Below, piece after piece: positions 23,774-37,330 of a stretch of 64,000 nt of DNA. The notes below the pieces were generated by a model. That model did no database searches. It worked only from the letters and a program-made list of their open reading frames with translations, and was not told the DNA's origin. Origin of the DNA: Scyliorhinus canicula. Lineage: Eukaryota. Both the position numbers and the translations under genes were made by a program. The DNA is taken from the NCBI RefSeq assembly GCF_902713615.1, contig NC_052176.1, positions 2,418,001 through 2,482,000 of the forward strand, given 5' to 3'. Each line of letters opens with the position of its first letter. Within the stretch, counting starts at the first letter, position 1.

Positions 23774-26130
23774 TAGAATTTACAGTGCAGGAGGAGGCCA
23801 TTCGGCCCATCGAGTCTGCACCGGCTCTTGGAAAGAGCACCCTACCCAAGGTCAACACTTCCACCCTATCCCCATAACCCAGTAACCCCACCCAACTCTA
23901 AGGGCAATTTTGGACACTTAAGGGCAATTTATCACGGCCAATCCACCTAACCTGCACATCTTTGGACTGTGGGAGGAAACCGGAGCACCCGGAGGAAACC
24001 CATGCAGACACGGGGAGAACGTGCCGACTCCGCACAGACAGTGACCCAGCGGGGAATCGAACCTGGGACCCTGGAGCTGTGAAGCATATGTGCTACCCAC
24101 AATGCTACCGTGCTGCCCCTATATCATCGCAGCATCCTCGCTGTTAGGTCGGGATTTCATGCTTTTCCATAAAGTCCTCTTGTTTGGTTGATTTCTGTTC
24201 CGTGCCAGGTTTGGGAGATGGATCCTCTTTTGGGGGGAGGTGGGGGGGTGAAGAGGGAAAATAACACCTTTTTTCCCCCCCTCCCCTGCCTGAGAATTTC
24301 TTTGCTCCACATTGATTTGACTCGTCCACATTTAACCAGTGTGATGGGTTAGTCAGCAGATTAATCTCGAGTTAACTGCTGACTTGGACAATATGGCCGG
24401 GAGAGGGAATAGTAAGAGGGTGTGACGTGACGCGCAAGGGAGGCTTCTAATTATTTATATGGATCATTTTGAGGATTATTTTAGCTCGCTTTATTAAGCC
24501 ATCTTTGCACTGAAATGTTTAGTGATTTGTGTCCACTGATGGCTTTGACCCTAGGGCGACGTGGTGGCACAGCGGTTAGCACTGTGGCCTCAAGGCGCCA
24601 GAAACCCGGGTTCGATTCCGGCCTGGGGTCACTGTCTGTGCGGAGTCTGCACGTCCTCCCCGTGTGTACGTGGGTTTCCTCCGGGTGCTCCGGTTTCCTG
24701 CCACAGTCCAGAGATGTGCAGGTTCGGTGGACTGGACGTGCTCAAATTGCCCCCTTAAGTGTCCAAAAAAGGTTAGGTTGGGTTACGGGGAGAGGTCGGG
24801 GTTTGGCCCCAGGTAGGGTTCTCTTTCAAAGGGCTGGTGCAGAATTTACAGTGCAGAAGGAGGCCATTTGGCCCATCGAGCCTGCACCGGCACTTAAGCC
24901 CCACACCTCCACCCTATCCCAGTAACCCCAACTAATCTTTTTTTGGACACTTAAGGGCAATTTAGAAATCCACCCAACCTGCGCTGGGAGGAAACCCACG
25001 CAGACACGGGGAGAACGTGCAGACTCCGCACAGACAGTGACCCAAGCCGGAAATCTAACCTGGGACCCTGGAGCTGTGAAGCAACTGTGCTATCATACTG
25101 CCCGACGAGATAAGGAGGAATTTCTACTCCCAAGGGTAGTGAATCTATCTTTACCGCAGAGGCTGGGTCGTTAAGTGTTCACGGCCGAGATAGACAAGAT
25201 TTTAATCAGTGAGAGAATCGAGGCACTGTTGCTTCACAGATGCAGGGACCCGGGTTCGATTCCCGGCTTGGGTCACTGTCTGCGTGGAGTCTGCACGTTC
25301 TCCCCCTCCCGTGTCTGCGTGGGATTCCTCCGGGTGCTCCGGTTTCCTCCCACAAGTCCCGGAAGACGTGCTTGTTAGGTGAATTGGACATTCTGAATTC
25401 TCCCCTCTGTGTACCCGAACAGGCGCCGGAGTGTGGCGACGAGGGGCTTTTCACAGTAACTTCATTGCAGTGTTAATGTAAGCCTACTTGTGACAATAAA
25501 GATTATGATTATAAGGCGGGAAAGTGGAGTTGATCAGATCAGCCATGATCACATTGAATGGCGGCGGAGCGGACTCGAATGGCCGACTCCTGCACCTTGC
25601 GGTCTTGAGTGAGAATTTAAGATAAAGAGAGATGAGCAAGCAATTAACACCAGGCTCTGGAGCGAGCCTCTTGGTCTTCAGCCCATGTTGTAATAAAATA
25701 AACTCTTGAATTATTTTTTTCCCACCATCAAATGATAGGTGTTTCAGGTATGAACTTTGCAGGCCTTTGAGGTAAAATTGCTGCACGCAGTTGCTTGCCT
25801 GTCGTGTTCGCAAGTGTAAAATATTATTTAATCATGAGAGTGTTTGGAGTGCGCGTCAGATATTAATCTTTATTGATGTCACAAGTAGGCTTACATTAAC
25901 ACCGCAATGAAGTTACTGTGAAAAGCCCCTAGTCGCCACATTCCGGCGCCTGTTCGGGTACACGGAGGGAGAATTCGGAATGTCCAATTCACCCAACAAG
26001 CACGTCTTTCGGGACTTGTGGGAGGAAACCGGAGGAAAACCCACGCAGACACGGGGGGACGGACAGTGACCCGAGCCGGGAATCTAACCGGGGACCCTGG
26101 CGCTGTGAAGCCACAGTGCTAACCGCTGTG
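23774..26130. mobile_element. Cluster of SINE copies (23774-24118 -, 24554-24842 +, 24841-25103 -, 25222-25510 +, 25865-26130 -)
   Basis: Repeated SINE core in alternating orientations. Confidence 0.8.
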
Positions 26131-26377
26131 CAGCCGTAAAACCGCAATGAAGTTACTGAGAGAACAGGCAAGGATGACGAATGAGGACTCTTTTCCCCCC
26201 CCCCCCCCCCCCCCCCCCCGCCTTCCTGTGGTGTGTGGGCGTCGCTGGGGGAGGCACAGCATTTGTTGCCCATCCCTAATTGCCCCTTGTCACTGGGCGT
26301 CCCGCTTGGGGCCCATTCCAGAGGGGGGGCGGTTAGGAGTTGACCACATTGCTGTGTGTGTGGGGGGGGGGGAGAAG

Positions 26378-26610
26378 AGGAGATCTCGAGTCACATGTAG
26401 GCCAGACCAGGGATGGGGGGTGGGGTGGGGGGGAGGAGATCTCGAGTCACATGTAGGCCAGACCAGGGATGGGGGGTGGGGTGGGGGGAGGAGATCTCGA
26501 GTCACATGTAGGCCAGACCAGGGTAGGGGGGGGGGGGGGGGGGGAGGAGATCTCGAGTCACATGTAGGCCAGACCAGGGATAGGGATGGGGGGGGGGGGG
26601 GGGGGGCAGA
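26378..26610. repeat. Four tandem GGAGATCTCGAGTCACATGTAGGCCAGACCAGGG units with poly-G spacers
   Basis: Visible repeats; single-copy versions of the unit occur at ~16490 and ~58250. Confidence 0.85.
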
Positions 26611-27094
26611 TTTCCTTCTCTAAAGGGGGCATTAACGAACCCGATGGGCTTTCACAATCGACGATGGTTGTCCTGGTCACCATTACGGAGACCGAGCTTT
26701 ATAATTCCGGATTTCAACTCATAGGCTTCAAGGCGAGTGGTGGGAAGGCTTCGAAAGAAAGACCCGTGCGGTAAACATTTAATCGGACGTTGTCCAGGCT
26801 CCTCCGCCATTGGAGATGGTCAGCTTCTACCTACTGTCCCCACCCTTTATTTTAAACACCTTCTATTTAATTGTTCAGGTAAAACCAGCCCCACGTTGTG
26901 GTGTAAAAGGGAGGCAGGTAGCCACCCCAGTGTACGCTTTTAACGATTGACGGGCGGAGTTTGAGATATAAGACTCTGGGGCCTGTTCTGTGAGCCGGCA
27001 TCTGGGATCGTGGGACCAGCTCGCATTGTGAGCTAATGCTGAGCTGCAGTGGTCATGTTGTGTCGCACAGAGTCTGAGGAATCATGGCCTGAAG

Positions 27095-27464
27095 TGTTGG
27101 CTGGTGTAGGCTTGAGAGATGAACAGACACTTCCAACACTGATGAAGGTTCAACTCAATTTTATTAACTAACTTCTAACTAACTAACACACGATGTCTGT
27201 GGGTCTAAATGATGCTAACTTACACTAGAGACCCAAGCCTTGTCCGAACCAGTTGATTCTCTAAGCACGTGGTGTGAGTCTGTGCTGGGCTGGATGAGTT
27301 CCTGTTACACTCAGAGGCAGCACCCAGAATGAGCGGGAACCGTGGTGCCCTCTGCCTTTATAGTGCGTGTATTCTAACTGGTAATTGGCTGCGGTGTTTG
27401 TACATGTTGATTGGTCCCTGTGTGTGTCCATCAGTGTGCGTGTCTGCACCATGATATACTGGAC
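27095..27464 (-). mobile_element. LTR-like element abutting a SINE
   Basis: TGTTGG terminus; TTTATT and TTTATA correspond to poly(A) and TATA signals on the minus strand. Confidence 0.55.
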
Positions 27465-30400
27465 ATAGACATAGACATAGAATTTACAGTGCAGAAGGAG
27501 GCCATTTGGCCCATCGAGTCTGCACCGGCTCTTGGAAAGAGCACCCTACCCAAGGTCAGCACCTCCACCCTATCCCATTACCCCATAACCCCACCCAACA
27601 CTAAGGGCAATTTTGGACACTAAGGGGCAATTTAGCATGGCCAATCCACCCTAACCTGCACATCTTTGGACTGTGGGAGGAAACCGGAGCACCCGGAGGA
27701 AACCCACGCAGACACGGGGAGGATGTGCAGACGTCCTTGTCGGATGGCCTGATTTGTGTTACGAGAACACTTGTCGCTAAAGCTATTAACTTTTTTTTTT
27801 ATTTAGAGTACCCAATTTTGTCCAATTAAGGGGCAATTTAGCCTGGTCAATCCACCCACCCTGCACATCTTTGGGTTGTGGGGCTGAAACTCACGCAGAC
27901 ACGGGGAGAATGTGCAAACTCCACACGGACAGTGACCCAGGGCCGGGATTCGAACCCGGGTCCTCAGCGCCGTAGGCAGCAGTGCTAACCACTGTGCCAC
28001 CGTGCCGCCCCTTACAAACGGTTTATTACCACAGCCAGTCAGCGGACTCTACTTATACTAATGAGACTCCTGGTGGCCAGTGGGTGAATTACAACACGAC
28101 CGTGATATCATTACAGATTCCTCGCGGACGTGTACTGTTGGCCATCCTGCGTCGACAGGGGAGAAAGAAAGATACTTTTCCTACCTGTCCCCCTCCCCCT
28201 GTCCCTTGACCCCCCCCTTGTCAATCGAAGATCTGTCCTTTGTGGGTCTCTTGGTCGTAATAAATGACGCAACGGGACTGGAGGATCTTCAAAACGGGCC
28301 GAGGTGACGGAATGGTGGCACCTCAGAGACTAGACCGTTCGGCCCATTCGCCTCGTGTTATTCCCCGACTTCTCCCCATAGCCCCGGCACGTTCTCTCTT
28401 CCCAGAACGAGCATCCGATGCCCCCTCGAATGCCTCAACTGGACCTGCCTCCACCCCGCACTCGGGCTGCGCATGCCTGATCCCAACTACCCGCGAAAGG
28501 GTGTTCCACGTACCGTTCTATCCACTCTTTCCGGACCCCCTCGTCATTTTGAATACGTCCAGGAAATCTCCTCTACCCCCGCCTCTACCTCCTCCAAGGA
28601 AAACAGTCCATACTTAACCTTAATAATAACAATCTTTATTAGTATCACAAGTAGGCTCGCATTAACACTGCAATGAAGTTACTGTGAAAATCCCCTCGTC
28701 GCCACATTCCGGCGCCTGTTCGGGTACACGGAGGGAGAATTCAGAATGTCCAATTCACCCAACAAGCACGTCTTTCGGGACTTGTGGGAGGAAACCGGAG
28801 CGCCCGGAGGAAACCCACGCAGAGACGCGGGGGGAGAACGTGCAGACTCCGCACAGACAGTGACCCGCGCCCGGGAATCGAACCCTGGTCCCTGGCGCCG
28901 TGAAGCAACAGTGATAACCACTGTGCTACCGGGCCGCAATCTTACCTAGGGCACGGAAGCTCCTTATCCCCGGAACCATTCTCCTGAATCTGTCTGCTTG
29001 TGGAACGCAACGCGCGCACGGGCGGGGTCCCGAGGCACAGCGCGCCCTCTCTCGCCCCGCGGTGGAGGGGCGGCCTGGCCAGGGCCCGTGGGGTTTCGGC
29101 CAAGGAGGGGGAGAACACTGGCCCTTTTAAGACTGGGGACAAGACTTCTTCATGCGCACGCGGGTGGCTTTAATCACTGGCCAAACCAGTTTAGGATCGC
29201 TTTGAAATATTACCCAACTTTCCTGCTTTCCCAGCGCACACCCATGTTTTGGCAGAGCCTCCCGTCGTCGGAAGCTCTGCGTCACCTCTTCCCCCAAGAG
29301 GCCCCCCCCCCCCCCCCCCCCCCCCCTCCCGCCTGCCCCCGGGTCTGCGAGAATTCCTCGGTGTGCGATTTGGAAAATCAGGCAAGTCAGCCCGGTTAAT
29401 TTTGATTTGGCTCACGTGTTCTCTGGGGTGGGTGAGATTGTGCTGACGGAGGAACCCTCTGGTCGTGCAGCTTGCGCGCTCCGGAGGTTGCAGCCGACGC
29501 ATCTCTGGCCGAGGTTCGCCTGGGCGTGGGGCCCCCGGGGGGGGGGGGGGGCAGCCTTTTCTCGCTGCGCCCCTTTCCCAATATTTGTGGCCGAGCCCCC
29601 CGTGTTTGATTTCGCCTCCCTCGCACTGCAGCCTGCAAACATGATTTTTTTTTTCCCAAAACTGAGGTGTTTGCCGCTGGGGAGTTGCTTTTTATCCTTC
29701 GGCGGCCTGGGCTTTGGAACGGCAGCTTTTGCGGCTGTCAGTCCTGAAGCCACTTGTCAACGTTTACACCTTCACCTGCTTCATTTCCGGCAGGTTGCTG
29801 AGCTGGGGGGGTGGGGGGGTGGGGGGTGCATCTCCAATCCCAGAACAAATCAGGCTTCACCCCAGATGGGACAAAGGATCCAACCAGTCGGTGGGGGGGG
29901 GGGGGGGGGGGGGAGGCTCTCAAACACACCAGTGTCTAAATTTACCATTCCACAGGTGGCGCAGCGGGTTAGCACTGCTGCCTCACGGCGCCGAGGACCC
30001 GGGTTCGATCCCGGCTCCGGGTCACTGTCCGTATGGAGTTTGCATATTCTCCCCCGTGTCTGCGTGGGTTTCGCCCCCACACCCGAAAGATGTGCAGAGT
30101 AGGTGGATTGGCCTCGCTAAACTGCCCCTGAATTGGAAAAAATTAATTGGGTATTCTAAATTTATTTTAAAATAATAAAAATTATCATTCCAGGTCCGCT
30201 AATCACTCAATCTTGCCAGAGGGGAGACTCCAAATTGGAGACACAGATGCCACGGGACGGCCGGCGCAGGAGGGGGAATCAAATTGGAGGCCAAGACATG
30301 GTTTTCCGACTCTCTTATCTCGGAAGGTAGAACGATAGAATGTAAGAAGCAGGAGAGGATCACTTGTATCTCGCCTGTCGAGCCGACTCCGCTAGTCAGT

Positions 30401-30561
30401 AGGGCCATGGCTAATCTGTTGCCATAGGGGCGGCACGGCGGAGCAGTGGTCAGCGCCGCTGCCTCACGGCGCCAGAGACCCGAGTTCGATTTCAGCCTCG
30501 CGTGACTCTGCGGAGTCTGCACGTTTCCCCCCCCCCCCCCCCCCCCCCCCCGCCCCGTGTC

Positions 30562-31046
30562 TGTCTTGTTATGCTCTTGGCGTAGCATAGGCTGCTTCCT
30601 TGATGTTCACTCTGACAAAGGAAGGTTCAGACGTGGAGATAACTTCTACACGTTTATTAAACCATTTACAATTCTCCTACTCGGATTAGCCACTACTGTT
30701 AATCCTTCTATAGCTACTCAGACTGACGAACCAGTCTGCTACAATCCACGTGGTGGGTGTGATGTTGAATCAACCCTGTGTCTGTACTCACTGAGTGTCT
30801 CCACTGGAAAGAGGAAGATCATGTGTGCTGTGTCCTTTATACATGGGTTGGTGTAATGCCCCCCCCCCCCCCCGTGGTCATGTCACCTCTGTGTGTATCG
30901 TGAATGCCCATTGGTCGTGTCCTACCTTACTGACCTATTGGTTGAGTGTCTGTGTGTCATGTCTCTGGTGCTCCCTCTAGTGTCTAGCTAGTCTACGTGT
31001 ATTTACATTAACCCCTTGTGTATCTACAGTGATGCATATCACCACA
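30562..31046 (-). mobile_element. Solo LTR nested in a SINE, 5-bp TSD GTGTC
   Basis: TG...CA termini. GTGTC at 30557-30561 and 31047-31051. The SINE (30427-31270) resumes exactly after the LTR. Confidence 0.85.
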
Positions 31047-31633
31047 GTGTCTGCGTGGGTTTCCTCCGGGTGCTCCGGTTTCCTCCCACAGTCCAAAGAA
31101 GTGCAGGTTAGGTGGATAGGCTGTGCTAAATTTCCACTTAGTGTCCAAAGATGTGCGAGTTAGGTGGGGTAATGGGGTAGGGCGGGGGAGTGGGCCTATC
31201 TGGGGTGCTCTTTTAGACGGCCGTGCAGACTCGATGGGCTGAATGGCCTCCTTATTCACTGTAGGGGTTCTATGTTTCCCGTCCATATCCCATTATAATA
31301 ATAATCGCTTATTGTCACGAGTAGGCTTCAATGAAGTTACTGTGAAAATCCCCTAATCGCCACATTCCGGCGCCTGTTCGGGGAGGCTGTTACGGGAATT
31401 GAACCCGCACTGTTTAGCCCACTGTGCTAAACCAGCCCCTTATTCCCTGGGAGACCAAAAATCTGTCCATCCCATAGCCTGAAATATATTCATCCCTTGG
31501 AGATAGAATTCAAGCCTGTTCCAAAAAGTTTATAGGCCATGATTTCCTTTCGAAATATAATTCAACTCGTACCCAACATGGGAGGCTGTGCCACAATTAG
31601 TTATTGAATCAGGGGCTACAAATAGTTTGAAGA

Positions 31634-32852
31634 TATTATGATCCCGAATCAGATCCCAACATTTGCCCAACAAGGGCAGCACGGTAGCATTGTGGATAGC
31701 ACAAATGCTTCACAGCTCCAGGGTCCCAGGTTCGATTCCGGCTTGGGTCACTGTCTGTGCGGAGTCTGCACATCCTCCTCGTGTGTGCGTGGGTTTCCTC
31801 CGGGTACTCCGGTTTCCTCCCACAGTCCAAAGGTGTGCAGGTTAGGGTGGATTGGCCGTGATAAATTGCCCTTAGTGTCCAAAATTGCCCTTAGTGTTGG
31901 GTGGGGTTACTGGGTTATGGGGATAGGGTGGAGGTGTTGACCTTGGGTAAGGTGCTCTTTCCAAGAGCCGGTGCAAACTCGATGGGCCGAATGGCCTCCT
32001 TCTGCACTGTAAATTCTATGATAATTTATGATTTGCTCGGATACCAGACTAAATCCCCCAATACTTTGATTTATGAGAGGAAAGGATTATTTGCTCTAGG
32101 AGTGACTCCACCCAAAAATGATAGATTGGTAGATCACTAAGACAAATGGTAGACATGGACGATTGAAACATATATTGATTACACAGAATTAAACTAATTT
32201 TAACATTATACAAGAAATAGCTTATATACCAGTTAAACAATGCTTAACAATAAAATATAACACTGACTCCCAACTGCTATCTTTTATCTCCAATCAAGCA
32301 AAACCGATTTCAGGTCAAAATCCTCTTTTAAATACAGTTAGAAAATGCAGGAATAATTGCTGTATAGGGATGTCTTGAAGAAGCTGCTTTGAGAGAGAGA
32401 GAGATCCTTCAGGAGCCAGCCTGTAGATTCTTGCCTGTGTCAAACTATTGTTTAAATCCCCAACATTTGGCAAAAAGCTCCTGTTCTGTTCGCAGCAAAA
32501 TATTAGACTCTTCACACGTTGCTCCTTCCCCTGGCTCCTCCCATTAATTACATCATCTCTATTGCACTGACTGGGTTATGACCATCTTACTAAGGCCTCA
32601 ATTATCTAAATCCCAGCGGACCTTCTTTCTGTCAACAAAATTCCATTGCCCCTATTTAGGTAAACACTATTCATGGTTGGGATGAATGATCTATCCTTTA
32701 TGATGCTTTAATTACCCCTTCTGTAGCCCCAGTGTCGTTTAAACCAGGATTTAAAAAAACCTGACGAGCAGATATAGACACACACGCACTAACCCAGATT
32801 TTTAACCATTGCCGATACATATAAAATGTGTGAAACTCCTACATTTATCACA
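31634..32852 (-). mobile_element. LTR interrupted by a full-length SINE (31674-32022 +)
   Basis: Ends CCTACATTTATCACA, like 51721-51736. Start resembles the 62416 fragment (...CAGATCCCAACA). Confidence 0.6.
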
Positions 32853-34449
32853 AAGGGTTACTACCTGCAAAGGAAGAGTATGCAACTGGGATAACAGTAA
32901 ATAGCTACATCTTGCGGTCTTATCAAGGCAGCTTTTGAATCAGTAAGGGAATCGAGGGTTATGGGGAGAAGGCGGGAGTTGAGAATCATCAGATCAGTCA
33001 TTATCTCATTGCATGGAGGAGCAGCCTCGATGGGCTAAATAGCCTACTTCTGCTCTTATGGTCGAAGATGGCTTCCTCTATGTTGATCGTCATTTCGGAA
33101 TTTCTAAATTGCAAATGCTTTTCTTTATTTCTTTTCTGCTCACCTATCTGGGTTCCTTAAAAACGTGACTACCTTCAGGAATAGGGAACGGACTCTCCAT
33201 CAAGCTTCCCCCTTTCGCCCCCCCCCAAAAAACCCATGCATTTAATCCCCTCTTTGTACCGCCTACTTCAGCGGTCTTGTCCACTAACCTAATCCACAGA
33301 GGGATTGTGATCAATTTTAAGCCGCGATTGAGCAGAGAACCGAGACGGTGCTTTTTGAGCTGTCGGATCAAGGCCCAATTACTGTCTCAGCCGGTTGTAA
33401 GCAATCGCACAGCAGGATGTGTACAGTGGGCGAGTTTCCCTGGTACCCTGGGCAATGTTTATCCCTCGACGCACATCTCTGAAACAGCTGGGAACCACCC
33501 TCCCACACACACACACACACACTAGGCCATCTGGCCCTTGTTCATAAGATGGCTATATCTTTGTTGCAATCCCTCCCAGCTGTAGTATAATAACCAACAC
33601 ATTTTCCACCCTCCTTTAGTTCGAAGAAGAGTCAAACGGAGTCGGAACGTTAACTCTGTTGTCTGCTTCTACAGGTCGGTCCGACCCGGATCAACTATTC
33701 TGTTTACCGTGAAAAGCCAATTAAATCAAATGTACTTTCTTCACCCCAGAGAGTGTTGGTCTGTGCAATTGATCACCGCAGGAAGTAGCTGAGGCGAAAA
33801 CACTGTACGTCTCCAAGAAGCCGGTCGAAAAGGCACTCGGGGGGGGGGGGGGGGGGGGGGGGGTGGGAGGACTTGGGGGTGGTGAAGGGGGGAAAGTGGG
33901 ATAATAATAATAATCATCTTTATTGTCATAAGTAGGCTTACATTAACACCGCAATGAAGTTACTGTGAAAATCCCCTCGTCGCCACATTCCGGCGCCTGT
34001 TCGGGTACACAGAGGGAGAATTCAGAATGTCCAATTCACCTAACAAGCACGTCTTTTGGTATTCGTGGGAGGAAACCGGAGCGCCCGGAGGAAACCCCGC
34101 GCAGATATGGGGGAGAACGTGCAGACCCCGCACAGGCAGTGACCCAGCCGGGAATTGAACCCGGGTCCCTGGAGCTGTGAAGCAATAGTGCTAACCACTG
34201 TGCTACCGTGCTGCTATTGAGTTGGACGATCGGCCGTGACCGCGAGGAACGGGTGGAGCGGAGCAGGTTCGAAGGGCCGAACGGCTCTCCCTGCAGCTCC
34301 CGGTTATGATGCACCACCCAGTTGAATTGCCGGTGTCTGTGGTCCGTGAGGAAACAACGATCGAATCCGGGTACGGGTATGTGTTGGGGCATTGGCATTT
34401 GGGCCGTTGCCATGGGCAGCCAGTTTGGATGGGATGCCGAGGGGGGGCC

Positions 34450-35160
34450 TGAGGGGAACCTCCCTTTATCCAATCAGAGCGCTCCATTTGAGTAAAGGGG
34501 CGGGGAGAGGGACCTTTATCCAATCAGAGCGCTCCATTTGAGAAAGGGGGTGGGGTGAGGAACCTCATCCAATCTGCGCTCGTCCCCTGAGAAAAGGGGC
34601 GGGATAGGAGGTGCCGCCGTCCAATTGGCGCGGTCAGCAGCGAGAGGCGGGGCCAGAAACTCCGCCCCCTCCGCTTCATCCAATCAGCAGCCGGCGCTGG
34701 GTAAAGGCAAGTGGGATTGGCTCACCGCGTCATCCAATCAGCTGCCCTGCGCTGGGTAGCGGCTGGGGGAGTGACCCAACATCTCATCCAATCAGCGACC
34801 TGCGCTCGGTACGGGCAGGGGGAGGACCACCGCCTCATCCAATCAGTGCCCTGCGCTGGGTAGACGCAGGGGGAGACTGGCTGACCGCCTCATCCAATCA
34901 GCGGCCGGTACTGGGTGGAGGCCGAATGGGGGCACCGCCTCATCCAATGAGCGGGTGGTGGAGGGTGTGACTGATGCCATCATCGTCCAATCCGAGTACA
35001 GGGTAGGTGGAGAGAGTGCGCGCGTGGCCGCTCTTTTATCCAATCGGCGCACCGCGGCAGAGGGGGCGGGGAGAGGGGGGGGGCCAGGCCCTCATCCAAT
35101 CGGCGCACCGGGTCTCGAGGAGGGCGGAGCTGGTGACGTCATCCACTTAGCGCGGGCGGC
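34450..35160 (+). promoter_or_regulatory. Promoter of the CENPF-like gene: array of 13 CCAAT (NF-Y) boxes, GC boxes and a CRE
   Basis: CCAAT begins at 34470, 34520, 34569, 34621, 34680, 34734, 34788, 34839, 34894, 34944, 34987, 35040 and 35096. TGACGTCA at 35134-35141. CpG island extends to ~35800. Confidence 0.8.
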
Positions 35161-35203
35161 GGCGGGCGCGAGCTCCGAGTGAGCAAAACAAGACCCCAAC
35201 AGG
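35150..35203 (+). other. CENPF-like: Putative non-coding exon 1 of the CENPF-like gene (start approximate)
   Basis: Donor CAGG|GTGAGT (GT at 35204) just downstream of the CCAAT array. Confidence 0.6.
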
Positions 35204-37039
35204 GTGAGTTCCCGCCTTTCCCTCTCAAACCGTGTGAAGAAAAACAATTTTTAAAGTATTTTTGTTTTCAAAACGCGTTAATTTGACCGTCGGTGAGGAA
35301 ACCGCGGTGGGGGTGGGGGTGGGGGTGGGGGTGGGGGAGGGGCTGCTTTTTAAATGTTTTCACCTCAACGATTTTTTTTTCTGCCGTCAACCGACGGCGG
35401 CGACGACAACCTAACCTGCTGGGCCGGGCGGATTCGGGAAGCCCATTGGCTGGCGGCCGCCCGCCTGTCAATCAAAGAGGGCCACGTGGGAGCCGCTCCG
35501 CCCCCTGCCGGGCAGGTTTGGTTGCGCGGGGCGGAGGGGGCGGGGCCTGTACCCGCCCTCGCCCACACAACGTGGGGAGCCAAAGGCAACAGGGATGTGG
35601 TGGACCGAGGGGCAGCTTGGTGGCCATGCCCGGCCTGGTCGGATAAACCACCCCCTCCCCGCCTCGGGCGTGCCCTGGAAGGATAAATGGGCACGCAGCG
35701 GAGATTTAATCCACTCAGGAAATTAAATCCCCAGTTTGTGGATCCCACGCGGCGCAGGAAGAGGACGTTCATCCCGTCGGGTCTGCGCCGACTCCGTGAA
35801 AGGGCGCCCTGATCCCCCGCCGCCCTATAACCTGCACATCCCTGGACTCTTCAGGGGGAATTTGGTGCGGCCGATCCACCTAACCTGCGCATCTTTGAAC
35901 TTGTGTAGGAGAAAACCAGAGCGCCCGGAGGAAACCCACTTATTGTCACAAGTAGGCTTACATTAACGCTGCAGTTAAGTTACTGGAAAAGCCCCACGTC
36001 GCCACATTCCGGCGCCTATTCGGGTACATGGAGCGAGAATTAAGAATATCCAATTCACCTGACAGCACGTGCACACGCTCCACGGACCGTCGCCAGAATC
36101 AATCCCGGGCCCGTCATTTAAAAAAAAATTTAGTGTACCCAATTCATTTTTACAATTATGGGGCAATTTAGCATGGCGAATCCACCTACCCTGCACATCT
36201 TTGGGTTGTGGGGGCGAAACCCACGCAAACACGGGGGAGAATGTGCAAACTCCACAAGGACAGTGACCCAGAGCCGAGATCGAATCTGGGACCTCGGCGC
36301 CGTGAGGCTGCAGGGCTAACCCACTGCGCCACCGTGCTGCCCTGCAGATAGTATGTTTATATCTCACTGGGTAGCACGGAGGCGCAGTGAGTTAGCATTG
36401 CGGCCTCACGGCGCCCAGGTTATCCTCACTGTCCCAGCGTCCACCGCACTCTGGGGTAGCGAATTCCACGGATTCACAACTCCCTTTTAAATTTGCTACC
36501 TCTTATCCCGAGACTATTACTTCTCGTTCTCGAATGCCCCTCAAGAGGAAGCATCCGCTCCACATCTGCTTTATCTTGTGTATCACAACTTGATCGCCCC
36601 TCATTCTTCTAAACTCTCATCTCTCTTCACAAGATAAAGCCCTCGTCTCTGCTAGTATTTTTCCGACGCTTAGCTGTGCACGAACCCTGATTGTACCTCC
36701 ACACTGTGACCCACCCTCCCTGCCAAATTAGTTCCCCCCCCCCCCCACCCCACCGCGAGGTCCTATTTCAATTCTGGTGCGACCCACATGACTCGTACAG
36801 GTCCCCAGAAATGGACCCGGTGTTCCAGGAAACTAAAGCCGTCCCTCCACCATCTCTTTAGCCACGCATTGATCTGGTCTGTCCTCCTATCCCCACACTC
36901 CCCAACACCTGGCACCGGGTGTAATCCGGAGTTTACAGCCTTCTAGGTCCTGCGGTGTCTTTCCACAGATGCCCGCTCGGGATGTCCCGAAGCACTTTTC
37001 AGCCGATGGAAATTGTAGTCGTCGTTCAAGTGGAGGCAG

Positions 37040-37330
37040 TATGGCAGACAGGAACAGCTTCTTCCCCACAGCTACTAGACTCCTCAACGACTCCCCCTCA
37101 GACTGATTTATTTCCTGTAAGAACACTATTCACAACGCCCTATGGTGCTCTTGCTCATGTATTTGCTTTGTTTGGCCGCTTGTTCCGCACTGTAACCAAT
37201 TACGTATTTGTCGATGTACTTTGTCAATTATTCTTTTGTCTATTGAGTACGTACTTAGTACGTTCCTTTGGTCGCAGAAAAATACATTTCACTGTACTTC
37301 GGTACATTGTGACAGTAAATCAATCAATCA
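37040..37330 (+). mobile_element. Rex1/Babar-like LINE 3' end
   Basis: NSFFPTATRLLN remnant and tail GTGACAGTAAATCAATCAATCA. Confidence 0.65.

Noticed and set aside
35250-35272. CHR-like TTTAAA/TTCAAA elements
   Set aside because: They lie in an AT-rich patch of intron 1 where such hexamers arise by chance; unsupported without conservation data.
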